Positions 26,132-39,014 of a DNA stretch of 62,000 nt are shown in pieces (position 1 is the stretch's first letter; every line of letters begins with the position of its first letter). Both the position numbers and the translations under genes were made by a program. The stretch spans positions 60,001 to 122,000 of the forward strand of contig NW_008806275.1 of NCBI RefSeq assembly GCF_000400465.1, written 5' to 3'. The notes beneath the pieces are model-generated. The model was not told where the DNA came from, did not search any database, and saw only the letters and a program-made list of their open reading frames with translations. The stretch comes from Wallemia ichthyophaga EXF-994. Its lineage: Eukaryota > Fungi > Basidiomycota.

Positions 26132-29100
26132 CTAGTTCTTTGGTGCAACTTCAACACGGTTGAGATCAATAAAGATATCGTCAGCAGGGTGTCTGTAGAG
26201 TGGTTGTCTGAGTCTCTTTTGGTCCAAGAAGTGACCAATGAAACCGATTGTTCTACCCAAGACGAAGAGACCGTTGAGAGTACCAATCTTCATATAATCT
26301 CTAGCCTCTTCTTCGTTGAATGCACCGGAGCATTTGAGGAGATCACAGAATGCAGCTGCGATACATCCATCAACGTTAAGAATGAGTGAGTCCTTCTTCG
26401 ATGACGTAACATTCTCAACACCGAGTGCGTAGTCCATAGTAGCGTGAGATGGGAAGTTCTTCATAACAAAGTCCTTAACCAACTCAACACGCAAGTCTGG
26501 GTTAGTCTTTGACTTAATCTTGTGACCGATACCTGGAATTAATCTGTTTTGCTTTCTCATAGAGTCAACAAACTCTCTTGGAGAAAGACCAGATTCGACA
26601 CCTCTAGTGAACTCATTTGCTGCACCGTCGAGAGCACCACCGAATCTATCACCGATAGTCAACAAACCTGAGCAGAGTGCTGAGATCAAGTCCTTTCCTG
26701 CACGTGCAGTAACGATAGTGTTCATTGCTCCAGATACAGCTGGTCCATGGTCTGCTGTTAATTGGAGAGCAATTTCAAGGAACTTGCATGCGTAGCCTGG
26801 CATACGTCTCTTGAACCACAAGAGCGACATAACACCACCGATACCGATTTCTTCCTTAAATACATCACTAATCTTCATACCATTGTAGAGGAGTTCTTGA
26901 CCACGCTCATCGGAGATGGTAGAAATGAATGCAGCTGGTTTACGGATCATACCAAGTTCCTGTGTTGTGTGGTTAACTGGTGCACTCTTTCAAACATACT
27001 TTAAGACCCACTTGTGCCCACTTGTAGTCCATTGGGATAGTTGGTGGTTGTGGTTCTGATCTTGGTGTGATTTGTCCCTTCTTGACGAGATCCTCGTAAG
27101 CGGCACGAAGGACATCTGGGAGCTCTTCAAAGGTTTCTGGAACGATAAAGCCTGCGTTTCTCATAGCAGTGTTCTTGGCATCAGCAGTTTCAGAGTCTGA
27201 GTTTGCCATCGAACCGGCGTGACCGAACTGAACTTCGGTGCTGAACATCTTAGCGCAAGTACCAATAGACCAAGCAACAATTGGCTTCTTAATGATACCC
27301 TTCTTGACAGCATCGATGACGCGGTATTCCTCAACACCACCAACTTCACCAAGCAACATAAGCAATTTGCAGCTTGGATCAGCCTCGTAGCGCAACAAGT
27401 GATCAATAAAGGTTGAACCTGGGTAACGGTCACCACCAATAGCAATACCTTCGTAGGTACCGTCGGTGACGATTGAGAGTATGTTGTTCAACTCGTTAGA
27501 CATACCACCTGACTTGGAGACGTAACCAACTGAACCTGATCTGTAGAGCTTTGAGGAGAGAATGTTGTCCATCATACCACCAGAGTTACCAATACGGAAG
27601 CAGCCTGGCTTGATACCACCAACAGTTGCTGGACCAATGATGAGAGTACCCTTCTTCTCAGCCTTGACGAGAATTTCTCTAGCGAAACGCTCTGGAACAC
27701 CTTCAGCGATGATTGCAATTGACTTGATTTGTGGGAAGTCAAGTATATCCATCACAGAGTCGAAAACTGAACGCGATGAAGCAAAGTTGACAACACAGTC
27801 TGCGTCTGGGTGCTTGGCGATAGCTTCTTCAACTGAAGTGTAAACTGGAAGTAAGGTTTCCTTTGTACCCCAGTAAAACTTTTGAATGTGGTGACCACCG
27901 AATGGATAAATCATAGCAGCAACAGAAGAGCTCTTACGGCCACATGAATAGTCAAAGTCAAGCATACCTTGAATGGCTCTTGGTTGAAGACCAAAGACGA
28001 GACATCTGGTGTTTTCATCGAATGGTCTGAAAGATGGTCTCTTTCCAGCTTCCTTGTTGGTGTCAAATGTAACGATGGCGTCCTTTGGTTGAGTGCGCTC
28101 ACCAGAGGCAACATCAACTGATCCTACGGTAGGAGCAGTGTTTGCAACGTCAGCTGGTTGACCTGATTGAGAAGCTTGGATAGAAGCAGCGGTTGCGGTA
28201 GTTGGTTGGATTTGAGCGGTAGTCTTTGTTAAACCGAGTGCGAGTGGGACAATAGCAGTGATGTGGGTTTCTGGACCGTAGACGTTGATATCGACACCGA
28301 GAGACTCACCGAGCAAGCGCATTGCCTTGAGACCTTCTTGGTAGTTTGGACCAGCACGACGGACGTAGATCTTTACGTTGTGCTTTTGAAGAGGTTGTTG
28401 GTATTCTCTGAGGGCTTGGATGATACCCTTGAAAGTAGCAGCGACGTTTGTAAAGTTGGCAATACCACCACCAATGATGAGAAGTTTACCTTCTGGGTGT
28501 GGCTCACCGCGGGTGATGAGGTCAATAATAGTCTTTGCGTACTCGTAGGTTTGGCCTTGAGTAGGAGCACCCGAGTATTCACCGTAGTTAGCGAGCTCGT
28601 GAGCGAAACCGGCAGCAGCAATTGCGTCAGAGTATACAACGGAAGCACCACCACCAGCGACCATGGTCCAGATACGACCTTCTGGCTTTAAAACGGTGAG
28701 CTTCAAAGAGGCACCAGTTGAGCCATCAAGTTTCTTGATGTAGGCCTCTTCTTTGGTGGAGTCACGACCGAAAGGAGCAGGCCAAACCATGGCAGGACCA
28801 CGATCAGAAGAAACAGCTTGGTTTAAAGGAGTGTCATCACGAGCAATTGACCACTTTGGACCACAAATGTAGTCAGCGGTTTGATCAATCTTGGCAGCCA
28901 AATCGAGGAAGTGCATTGTTGGTGGGGATGTTGGGGTGGCGTCAAGGCAAACAAGAGGGTTGATTTCGAGATAAGCGAAGTGGAGGTCTACGTAGACAGC
29001 GTAGAGACGTTCCAAGAACTCAATGAGAGTGTCTTGCTTGCTGGAATCAACGTCTTTGACGAGACCGCTCTTGAGTTCAGCTCTAGTTGGGAATTTACCA

Positions 29101-29668
29101 TCAACTGGGGCAATAGTGATCTTTTGAGCCTTTGAGTCGACATCACCAACGTCAACACCACCTTCAGCAGTGAAGAGAATGTTGTCACCTTCACGAGTTG
29201 AGTGGATACAGACGTAGTACTCGTCTGTTTGTGGGTGAGGAACGAATGGCTCAGCAATAAAGTTGTTCAAGGTGCCTGAAACTGATTGGACCTATGTCGA
29301 GTCTCAGAAATTTTTCACCAAAACAAAACATCGAGACTCACTTGTTGCTGCTTGCCAGCTCTTTCTTGGATCCATTGCTTGCCGCCTTCAGACCAAGACT
29401 TGTTGATACCGAGCAAGCCAGCCTTTCCTCTACGCTTGATGAGCTGGTCAGGCTTGACGACGAGCTTATCGGTGAAGACCCAGCCAGGAAGCTGGTTGTC
29501 AGGGGTAATAGAGTTGGATTCCGAGTCCCAAGCGATTTGAGCAACCTTTGCGTCAGGGAAGACGAAACCAGGAGAAGGCTTAATGTCGCTGGACACAGAA
29601 GGGGATCTTGGGAGCCAGTAGCTGACGATTCTTTTGCCGTCGTATTCAAGGATCGATGCAGAGGACAT
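26132..29668 (-). CDS. ACL1: ATP-citrate lyase, single fused polypeptide, 3 exons
   Basis: [25 protein letters not shown], phospho-His motif [15 protein letters not shown] and PGIGH motifs. The beta-, alpha- and citrate-synthase-like parts lie in one gene. Confidence 0.96.
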
Positions 29669-30241
29669 GGTCTGTTTGTGGTGATCAGATGTGTGCGCGC
29701 TGGGTGTTGAGTGGCCGTGTACACCTACATTAGCTAGTGTGTGTTAGCGCTGTCTGCGCCGCGTAGATCTCACTTACTTTAAATTATTGCTCTAGATGGT
29801 ACAGAACTAAGACTGCCGCGAATACCAGCCCGTCCGTCTTCCCCAATCCAAAAATAAAAATCTTTAAATCGGGCTTTGGGGGAGTGTGCAGGAGTGTAGC
29901 GTGAGCGTGTGCAATTATCAGCCCTACAAATACCTTGCAATACACTTGAATCTTTTTTTACGCCTCGAGAAGATTACGATGGGGTTTTTGTTTGTGCGCG
30001 TAATCAGCTGATCAGCGGCGCTTGAGAGTGGTGGGTCGCTTGTTGCGTTTATTGAAGTACAGTATCTCTACGCTGTGAATCTCTGCGCTGTGCATCTCTC
30101 CCCATTGATCCCGACATCAGGTACACCAAGATACACCAAGATACAGCATGCGCTGTGAACACCACACGCACAAGCTGCAACCCCCATATCTATTGTCCAA
30201 ATGCATCTCTATCGTCTCTTCATCTCCAACAACCATCTGCA

Positions 30242-33200
30242 ATGCCTGAAATCAAGTACACGCAGCTCGGCTCCAGCCTCGTGAATCTGCCGCCATCCAT
30301 CTACTCCCAGCTGGTCGCCAAAGGCAGCGTGCGTTCGATTCCCGCTGCGTCCATATCTCATATGACCTCAGCGACCACAATCTCTCGCTGTTATCATCAG
30401 ACACGGCGACCGCGAGTACTACCTGGGCTGGTCTGGCATGGCCTCATCGATAGCCACGCTCGCCATCGAAGACTTTGTCGAGATTGATCCCGTCGTTGCG
30501 GCTGCCTATCGACTCGACCACGGCGCAAACGTGGGTAGCCACCCAGCAACCACCACACTCTCACCCAGCGCACAAAGGTATCCGTCTCGCTCCATTCCTC
30601 GCTCCCCACTGCCAAGTCGGTGAATGTGGTACCCGATACGCCCGACGACTGGGAGTTGCTCGAGGCGCACGCCGAGTATGTCGAGCAGAATCTTCTTTCC
30701 CAAGTGCGTTTGGCCTCCACGCATCAGCCAATGGTCGTCTACCTTCCCTCCAAGTCCAGCATGACCTTTCGCGTCGAAGCCACAGACCCTGCCACCTCTT
30801 TCTCCTCTCTTTCCCCCCAAGCCACTCCCGCGGTGCGCCTTGACCGCGACACCGACGTTGCTTTCGCTCCCAAACTGCGCAGGCCCCCGCCTAGCAGCAG
30901 TGCCTCTTCCACTATCCGCCCCACTCCCACTCCCGTCGTGCACAGCCAAGATGATCAGGCTGTGCAACAGCTCGCGCGCGTCATACCAGCGCGGGTATAT
31001 CCACGCACTGAGCCCGGCCTCGCCCACGCCCATCCTGCCTTGGTCCACCGTCTTTGTGGACAGGAGAACGATAGCGCGACGGTGACTCTCACCCGCCTCA
31101 AGTCCCCGCTCACGCGCTACAACGACAAGAGAAAGCAAGGCGGTATGGAAGTGGAGCCAGCTGGGCTGACGTTGGGAATGGGCGGTGCCGCTGCGTTGAA
31201 GAATGCCACTAGCAAGCCCGTCGCAAGCGAGCAAGAGCGGGAACTTGCTCTTACACTCACACTCTCGCTCGTAGCAGATGATACCCTCGTCGATGGTCAT
31301 GTCGCCCTCCCGCTCGGCTCTCACCAACGCCTCCAGTTGAAACAGTACGAATTAGTATCGTGCTCCCTCTCAAACTCTCACTCAAACTCTCAAATTCTAT
31401 ACCACGACTACGATATACTCGCTCCACTTTTTAGTACTGCTGACGACGATATCCTCCCTGGGCACCACGCTCTGGTTGAAGAGGCTGCTGATTATCTCAT
31501 CAGCTCTATCGGCATGTCCCTGTCGAAACTGAAAGTGGAATTAAAGGATGGGTATCCAGGTGATCACTCTCACTCGCGCTCTTTAGGTCTGCTAATTACT
31601 GGTGGATCCAGCACAGGCAAGACGACGCTAGCCAAGACAATAGCTTATCACATAAGCCAAGATGTACGGATATTCGCCCACAGCCTCTATGAGGATGTAT
31701 CGGGGTGGGTGCAAGAGAAAGCTTCGACTATAGACGATAAGCTGCGGCTGCTACTCGAGGAAGCTCACTGGAGTGCTCCCACCGTCATCATACTCGACGG
31801 TCTCGATGTTTTGCTAACCCCGGAAAGTGAAACAGACCAGAACACAACCCAGTCTGGCAGACAGCGCACACTCGCTGACCTCTTCGCTCGCCTCTTCTCA
31901 CCTTGCAACCGCAATCTGCCGCAGGGCGTGGTTGTGGTGGGTGTGGCCAGTGGTTCCCTCCACTCCGCCGTTAATACCTCGCGTGTGTTTGGGAAGGAGA
32001 TTAAACTACTTGCGCCATCTAAAACGACGCGCAGAGAGGTAAGTTTATTTTGGGCTGCTTGCTGCTTTTCCCATTTAAATTGCTGACACTCACATCTCCT
32101 CCGCACTCCAGATGCTGCTGCGACTATTCGACGAGCACCGGATAGCTGATTTCAGCGGGGTGAATACGCTACTTATTGCCAGTGAAATGGAGGGGTATCT
32201 GCCGGTAGATGTGACAAGTGTGCTGGAGAGGGCAGTACACCATGCCTCCCTGACGCACGACGAAGATGGCCCATCCTCAACGTTACAATTGCATGTCGCC
32301 ACGCACCACTTCGAAGCAGCCCTCGCACAATATCGCCCGCAAGCTTTACGCGGAGTGAATCTGCAGCAAAGCAGTGTGAAGTGGGGGGATATAGGCGGGA
32401 TGCGCCATGTGAAGGGCATGATCAGAGAGACGCTGGAGTGGCCGACCAAGTATGCCCTCCTCTTTGACCGTTCCCCACTTCGCCTGCGTGCCGGCCTCTT
32501 GCTGTACGGTTACCCCGGCTGCGGAAAGACGGTAATCGCGAGCGCGGTAGCGCGCGAATGCGGCCTCAATTTCATTTCCGTTAAAGGCCCTGAACTTCTC
32601 AATAAGTATATCGGCCAGAGTGAAGCTACAACAAGGAGTCTTTTCGATCGCGCTAAAGCTGCGAAACCGTGTGTGCTATTTTTCGACGAATTCGACTCGA
32701 TTGCGCCGAGGAGGTGGGTGAAGATAATCATGACTAGAGAGAGGTTTCACTCACATCACACACTCACACAGAGGACACGATTCGACGGGCGTTACAGACC
32801 GGGTGGTTAACCAGTTGCTGACGCAAATGGACGGCGCAGAGGGGCTTGATAGCGGAGTATTTGTGCTTGCCGCAACGAGTCGGCCTGATCTTGTTGATCC
32901 AGCTCTTCTCCGCCCTGGACGGCTGGACAAGGCGCTGCTGTGCGATATGCCTGATTTGCAGGACAGAGTGGATGTGAGTGGATGTGGGCGGTGGCGTGCT
33001 TGCTGCCACACTGCATTTTACTTAGTACTTAGTACTTACTAACACTCCCACCACTCCACTTCAGATACTCGCTGCTCTAACACGTTCAATGCACCTGGAC
33101 GCAGACGTCGACCTCGCCAGTATTGCCGCTCAATGTGAGCAGTTCACCGGTGCTGATTTGCAGGCGCTTGTGTATAACGCACATCTCGAGTGTGTGCATG

Positions 33201-33652
33201 AGGTGTTGGCGAAGCGTGAGGAAGTGGAAGCGGAAAAGCGGGAGCAACACCACGTCGAGCGTGACGACCACAACGACCACTCCAGTAGAGAAGATGAAGA
33301 CGAAGACAAAGCCGCGCCTGGATTCTCGTGGAGCTTGCACAGCGATACCCCTCTCACACGCTCCGGTGAGAAGGAGGTGGATGCTCGCATCGAGAGGCTG
33401 CTGTCAGCGCACACTGCCCTCGGGTCGCGCAGCTCACATCCGCAATCCCCACACAGTCAAGAGAAGACTGCAAATACAACTGCGACATCACCCACTCCGC
33501 ACGTGATTACGGCCGAGCACATGTCGAAAGCATTCGCTATCACCCACCCGTCGGTGTCGAGCGACGAAATAGCACGGCTGAGGGGCGTCTACGACTCATT
33601 CACGACCGGTCGCCCGAGCCAGGAGGTGGGCAGCAGGAGCAGTCTGGCGTGA
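30242..33652 (+). CDS. PEX1: Peroxisomal AAA+ ATPase Pex1, 6 exons
   Basis: SLVNLP and YLGWSG N-terminus, [22 protein letters not shown], a degenerate D1 (GGSSTGKT / IILDGLD), and D2 GYPGCGKT / FFDEFD with LLRPGRLD. Confidence 0.93.
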
Positions 33653-33786
33653 GGCTGGTGTGTAGAGTGTGCTTGTGTGCTTGTGTGCTTGCGTGCTTGC
33701 TTACTCAACGAACTGTATAAAATGACATGCACAACTTTGCCAAAATACAAATGGCTCTCGTCGGATAACTACAAACAGCTGCAAAG

Positions 33787-34737
33787 ATGGGAGGAGACAG
33801 CGCAAATAAGCAGCCATTCCCGCGAGTATTTGTGATACGCCACGGTGCGTTTGCGTTGTGTGCAGGAACCAAAGACTACCACGCAGCTGACACGGCTCGA
33901 CGCAGGCCAAACCGAGTGGTCGCAAAACGGACGCCATACCGGAACTACGGACATAGGGCTAACGCAGCATGGCGCCGAGGTCGTTGAGAAGCTTGGGCCA
34001 CGCGTAGTGGGCGATGCGAGTGAGTTTGCGTGTTGCTGTTGGTGTGTGCGCTTCTCCCTGCTGATACACCTGTGCACACGCAGAACTCATCGACCCTGGG
34101 CGTATATCTCACGTATTGCTCTCCCCAAGGAAACGCGCCATCGATACTTTCACGCTGCTGTTCAAGGATAACTTGCCCGCAGTCGCTGAGCGCGAGATTG
34201 TGGAGGATGCCAGGGAGTGTGAGTATATTACAGCACAGCGGTGCAGTGACACACTCGCACACGCTCGCTTGTCACATCTCACACACCTCTCACCACAGGG
34301 ACTTACGGCGACTACGAGGGACTCAAACCGGCCGAAATTAAGGCGCGCAACCCCCACCACTGGATTTGGACAGATGGTTGTCCGAACGGGGAGAGTGCAG
34401 CGGATGTCTCCGCGCGTGCTGACAACTTGGTTAGGAAAATTAGAGATATACACGCTGCACACCTCCTCGACAGAGAGCGTGGTGTGGAAACCAAGAGCTC
34501 GGGCGATGTAGTCATCTTCTCCCACGGCCACTTTAGTCGTGTGTTTATTTCACGTTTTCTCGGATTCGGTATTGGCGAATTTGGGTGGGTTGCAGTTAGC
34601 ACGTCGTGGACTTTACTCACTACTCATCCCCTTCTTCCAGACCCAAGATCGTCGCTGAAGCTGGCGCTGTGCAGTTGCTTGGCTACCAGCATAATAGCCT
34701 CGATGAGCCAAGTATCTTGGCTATGAACTTGCAGTAG
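33787..34737 (+). CDS. SHB17: Histidine phosphatase (PGAM family), Shb17-like sedoheptulose-1,7-bisphosphatase, 5 exons
   Basis: RVFVIRHG|QTEWS, GRHTGTTDIGLT, EWTYGDYEG, IWTDGCPNGE and FSHGHF motifs after splicing. Confidence 0.82.
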
Positions 34738-34961
34738 ATGGTCTTGTTTGTTTGAAGCACACACGCTCATTCTCTCACACTCTCTTCTCTGGCTGAATTA
34801 TGTATAGCATTATAGCCTTATTACATTACTTTTCGGACGCGCCCGCTGTCTTGATTTGAATCATGTTTTGCATTTTTTCGATTAAAATTGAAAGGATAAA
34901 AAGCAGTTTCAACTGTGAAATTGTTGTGTTTCCAAGGTGAACTCTATACACTTGACCCAGA

Positions 34962-36190
34962 CTAATCCCAAATAAGATCAGAGTCTCCGCGACGCGCGAG
35001 GACTTCCCAAGGGTTCTTGGAGGATGTCTTCATAACGCCCTGACCCTGAACCTGGCCCTGCTGCTGTCTATGTTGGCGGAGGGAATCTTGTCTCTCTTTC
35101 TCGTTGAGACTCTTCACGGCAGCTTTCGCTTCCTTCTTCTTAGCGTTCTGGCGCTGTTTTTTTGTTTGTTCTTCCTGTGATGGCGGTTGAGGTTGGGGAG
35201 GTGGAACTACTGGTTCATCTGTGGGATTGTCAGACAAGTAGTTACGTTGGTCCGACACGCACCTCTAACGCCGACCTTCTTGGATCCAGCCATAGTCCAG
35301 CCGTCGTCAGCAGAGGGAGTGTGTTTGACGTCTTTGGCAATACGCATGACGCGAGCGTGCGTCTGGTCAGGTTGGAGACTGTCATCGAGCATGTCCATGG
35401 CATTATGGGTCTGGAGGAGGGTAGATTCAGCGAGCGGGGTGTTAAAGGTGTTAGTGGGGTTGGAAACACCACCCTTCTCACTCCACGTCCAGTCGCCGTC
35501 TTGGTATATTTGGCTGTCGGGATTGAGGGCAGACTGTGCAGACACGACAGGTGCTCTATCCCAGGCGTCTTGGTCGAGTGGTGGTGAGGTAGATGAGGCT
35601 TCTTGAGGTACGGCAGACGCTTCAATGAAACCAGTCTTCTCAGTGGTTGGAGTGGTTGCCTTCTTCTTTGAGTTGATGGTAGTCCACTCGCCTGAGTCTA
35701 CATCATTGAATTCTCCGGTGGTGAGTTTGTTGGTGGTGTGGGTGGGTGGTTTTTGTGGTTGTTGTGGTTGTTGTGGTTGTTGTGGTTGTTCTGATTGCTG
35801 TTGCTGCTGCTGTGCTGCTTTTGCTTTCTTCTTGGATGCTTTAGATTGGGTGGGTTGCTGGGCTGGTTGCTGGGCTGGTTGCTGGGCTGGTTGCTGGGCT
35901 GGCTGTTGAGCTGACTGTTGAGCATTCTTCTTTGCTGGCTGCTGTTGTTGCTGCTGCTTCAAACCACTCTCGTGACTACCGGAAGAAGCAGGCGTGGTAT
36001 TCTTGCTCTTCTTCTTATTCTTACCAGCGCCGACTTTCTTATTCTTTTGTGAGTTTTGTTGCGTGGGTGTGTGCGTGTCTGCGTGCTGTTGAGGCTGCAA
36101 CTGAGTGCTGGCATACAAACCAATAGCAACGCCCAGCCCGGCAAGCGTGTAAACAAGCTTATCATCCAATTCAACGCCTCCGACAATCAT
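34962..36190 (-). CDS. Hypothetical N-anchored membrane protein with Lys/Gln-rich disordered region, 2 exons
   Basis: N-terminal hydrophobic helix, KK-rich segments, QQPA repeats and a C-terminal TKKQRQNAKKKE coiled segment. A GTGCGT...CAG intron joins the two ORFs in frame. Confidence 0.75.
35753..35908 (-). repeat. Coding minisatellites: 12-mer (QQPA)n and 9-mer (QQP)n
   Basis: gggctggttgct about x4 and gttgtggtt about x4 on the + strand. Confidence 0.9.
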
Positions 36191-36245
36191 TTCTGTTTTC
36201 GTGGTGTGTTGGCAACATGTGTTGTGCGATATAAAATACTAAAAT

Positions 36246-36767
36246 CTATCCCAGTACATAATTGATTATATTATTTATAAGCTCATTGACATCCTCTTTG
36301 CTCTTGCTATTGCTCTTCCTGGGCTTGTTGCCGCTTCTGCGCCCGTTGCGCTCCCATGTGTGCCTGGATTTCTTATTTTGGTTGGTTGCAGCGCTGCCAC
36401 TCAAATATCCCAGCAGCGACCAAGTGCTTCCTCCAGCCACGGCAGAGATATCCTTCCCCGTATAGCTGCTGCTCAGTTGTATTACCCCCACCACTACGCT
36501 CACTATTACCGTCCATTTGAGTAGAAAGAGGAGTGTGCGTATAACGAATCTGGCTGTGTTGTAGAGGCTTATCACCGTGGCATATATCAGCAGCAATGAA
36601 ATCACCAGCGGCAGTACACTCTCCACAGACGGTTTCGACGTGAGCACCGTGTATCCATCCTCCATCACGGCGTATAATCGCGGTAAGAGCTCCTTGTCCC
36701 AGGTACTGTACAACTGTGATGGTAATTTACGCGCGTATGCTTTCGCGATTGGTGTTATATACTCCAT
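36246..36767 (-). CDS. Small membrane protein, possibly Apq12-like (nuclear pore/envelope)
   Basis: Two adjacent TM helices (LPLVISLLLIYATVISLYNTARFVIRTLLFLLKW) resemble Apq12-family spacing from memory, followed by a basic C-terminal tail. Confidence 0.5.
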   Translation of the reverse strand: MEYITPIAKAYARKLPSQLYSTWDKELLPRLYAVMEDGYTVLTSKPSVESVLPLVISLLLIYATVISLYNTARFVIRTLLFLLKWTVIVSVVVGVIQLSSSYTGKDISAVAGGSTWSLLGYLSGSAATNQNKKSRHTWERNGRRSGNKPRKSNSKSKEDVNELINNIINYVLG

Positions 36768-36862
36768 CGTCGACGTCAGCCTATAACATGTACGCATCAG
36801 GCAACTTGGGTATTTCAAGTGTAGAAATATCTATCATTCTCAACAATACAGCTTTATCTATA

Positions 36863-38563
36863 TCACCCCTCCAACTCACCACTCTTCAACGCCTTCTTGT
36901 CATAACTCTCCTCGTTATCAGAGTCATCGAGCTGCTTGATTGGTTTCACATCCGCTCCGTCGAGACTCGCGCTTTGTCCACCCTTCATCCCCTTCCTGCC
37001 TGACTTTACAGCTGAGTCAGGTATTACACCATCACCGTTGAGGTAATCCAGTTGCTCGCCTTCATGTGTATCAATCATCCCTGTCCATCTGCTATAGACA
37101 TTCCCCGTAACCTCCTCCGCTCTAAGACGTGTGTAGATATGCTCATGCTTGAATGCATCTATTTGTGCACTGTACTGCTCAAAGTCGATCACTTCCTTCT
37201 TGTCTCCGTCCAGTTGTTTGAGCGTGTCATGACGGATTTGTTCGTCGGTGAGAGTTGTGCCTTGTTGTTCTTGATCCTTTTCTTTCTTCTCAATTTCATT
37301 TCCATTTTCACCTTGTTTTTCACCCACTTTAGACTGCTCCTTGTGCGCCTTCTCGATAGCCTTCTTTACGCGATCTTCAGCACTCTTCTCAACAGCGATA
37401 TTATTCTCTTGTACACGCGTGTTATACACCCCAAAGCAAGGTGCTTCCAACAACAAGCCGAGACCGGGAGCTTTAGGTACGACGATAGGGGTGTTAGAGT
37501 ATGTCTTCTCTATTAGTGATGGCGGAGTAGGAGTACGCGTCACGTTCACCAGCATGAAGATCATCTTACGAATCTGGTGCAACATGAAGCTCTGTCCGTA
37601 GAACCTAACGCTGATCCACTCATTCCCTTCGACCAGAAACGGTTCACGTATTTCCAATTCCTTCATATAACGCTGTGCGCTCCTCTCAGTAAACGCCTTG
37701 CCGATAGTGTACGACCAGAAGTTGTGTGAGCCTGTAAAATGCTGCAGGGTAGCTCTGGCCTTAGAAAGAGTATCAGTGTCGATACGCCATGCGCGTTTAC
37801 GTTGCATCATACCCTCAACACTCTCATTTTCATCCACTCCTTCCTCGCTCCAGAAAGGATGCTGGGTTCCTAACCGTTTCCCCAAATTGGTCCAGGGCGC
37901 GGGAGGGAGGAAGACGTAAGAGGGAAGCAGATACTCATATCTTCTACTATCGCAACTATTACGCGCATCGAAAGAGTTCTGCGTGCGCACATATCCCCAA
38001 ATACGTATATGCGGAGGGAGATGAGAGTTGATAGCAGCGACAGGATCACCTTGTTCAGGCAGCTCCACTATCATTTTGAGCGAAATAACATTACTTGCGG
38101 CGTGAACACTTGCGTCTGTGCGCGCAGCACGCTGTAGATTCACTTTGCCAGGGTCAGTGGAGTTCTCCCGACTGATCACACCCGCGTTGACCATTGCGAG
38201 AAATATTTCACCCTCGATCGTGCGTGTGTTTGCATGCGGTTGTATTTGCATTCCGTTGTACCCTGTGCCGCAGAACCCAACAATTACTGCACACTTGCGT
38301 TTGGGCAGCTTGGGCGTATCGCTTGGCGTTATGTCACTCAGCTTAGGCAGCCCCGCCCAGTCTTTCGTCCAAGTCTTGCGCTCGTCTGGCTTCTTTTCTC
38401 GCTTGTTGGGTTTCTGCTTCTTTTGCTTCTTTTGCGCGGGGCGTGTGGGTGTTGCGGTGGCTGCAGCTGTGGCTGCCTCTGCAACCCCCTCAGCACCCTC
38501 GCTGCCCTGTCTCTTTAGCGTGTTTAGCGTATCCGACATGCCAACTAACAGCCTCCTGAGCAT
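36863..38563 (-). CDS. PUS1: tRNA pseudouridine synthase 1 (TruA family), intronless
   Basis: GFCGTGYNGMQ, catalytic AARTDASVHA, RRYEYLLP, GQSFMLHQIRKM and APGLGLLLE motifs. Confidence 0.95.
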   Translation of the reverse strand: MLRRLLVGMSDTLNTLKRQGSEGAEGVAEAATAAATATPTRPAQKKQKKQKPNKREKKPDERKTWTKDWAGLPKLSDITPSDTPKLPKRKCAVIVGFCGTGYNGMQIQPHANTRTIEGEIFLAMVNAGVISRENSTDPGKVNLQRAARTDASVHAASNVISLKMIVELPEQGDPVAAINSHLPPHIRIWGYVRTQNSFDARNSCDSRRYEYLLPSYVFLPPAPWTNLGKRLGTQHPFWSEEGVDENESVEGMMQRKRAWRIDTDTLSKARATLQHFTGSHNFWSYTIGKAFTERSAQRYMKELEIREPFLVEGNEWISVRFYGQSFMLHQIRKMIFMLVNVTRTPTPPSLIEKTYSNTPIVVPKAPGLGLLLEAPCFGVYNTRVQENNIAVEKSAEDRVKKAIEKAHKEQSKVGEKQGENGNEIEKKEKDQEQQGTTLTDEQIRHDTLKQLDGDKKEVIDFEQYSAQIDAFKHEHIYTRLRAEEVTGNVYSRWTGMIDTHEGEQLDYLNGDGVIPDSAVKSGRKGMKGGQSASLDGADVKPIKQLDDSDNEESYDKKALKSGELEG

Positions 38564-38621
38564 AGAGTAGAGAGGCGTATAAATCAAGGTAAAAATTTAA
38601 AATATTCTTTACAGGTGCAGA

Positions 38622-38949
38622 TTACTGCGAGTTCTTCTGTCTGTTTTCAATCAACACTTGCTTCCTATCCTCGAGAGCCTGGGTGGTGTGTCAGTGGGGC
38701 AATTGAGGAGAGAAGCACGCACATTCTGCTGTCTCTGTGAAACGCCATGCAAGAAGAATCCAGCTGTACCGAAAGCACCGACAGCGATCAAGTGGCCGAA
38801 GAAGTCTGTTGGGTTGGTTGTGAGTGGATGCACAGCCCATAAACACGCTACACACTATCGAACACATTCCTCCTCTCTATGGCCAGCTGCCAGCAACGCG
38901 TTGCAAAACCCACGCCAGAAAAACCTAAAATGTAGCTAGCCAGTGCCAT
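38622..38949 (-). CDS. NDUFC2: Complex I accessory subunit NDUFC2/B14.5b-like, 3 exons
   Basis: Spliced MALASYILGFSGVGFATRCWQLAIERRNVFDNFFGHLIAVGAFGTAGFFLHGVSQRQQNALEDRKQVLIENRQKNSQ*. It has two TM helices and the WQL...GH pattern of the fungal 14-kDa subunit. Confidence 0.8.
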
Positions 38950-39014
38950 GATGAGTGGTGAGTGGTGGTGGTTGCTAACCTAACCTGGAGAGGTACAAAT
39001 AAACTAGGACGAAA

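Noticed and set aside
29287-29341. 7-bp inverted repeat (GAGTCTC/GAGACTC) pairing both ends of ACL intron 1
   Set aside because: A 7-bp stem in 55 nt is within chance across this many introns.
26132-29668. Fused single-gene ATP-citrate lyase
   Set aside because: This is the expected state for basidiomycetes and animals. It is useful taxonomically but not novel.
30397-31327. Long antisense or alternative-frame ORFs over Pex1, ACL, TFIP11, the surface protein and others
   Set aside because: They are shadow ORFs of well-supported genes and carry no recognisable motifs.
18908-33700. Short intergenic or intronic tandem repeats (tcagact x3, tacaccaaga x2, tacttag x2-3, gtgcttgt x4)
   Set aside because: These are ordinary slippage repeats with no spacer structure and are not CRISPR-like.
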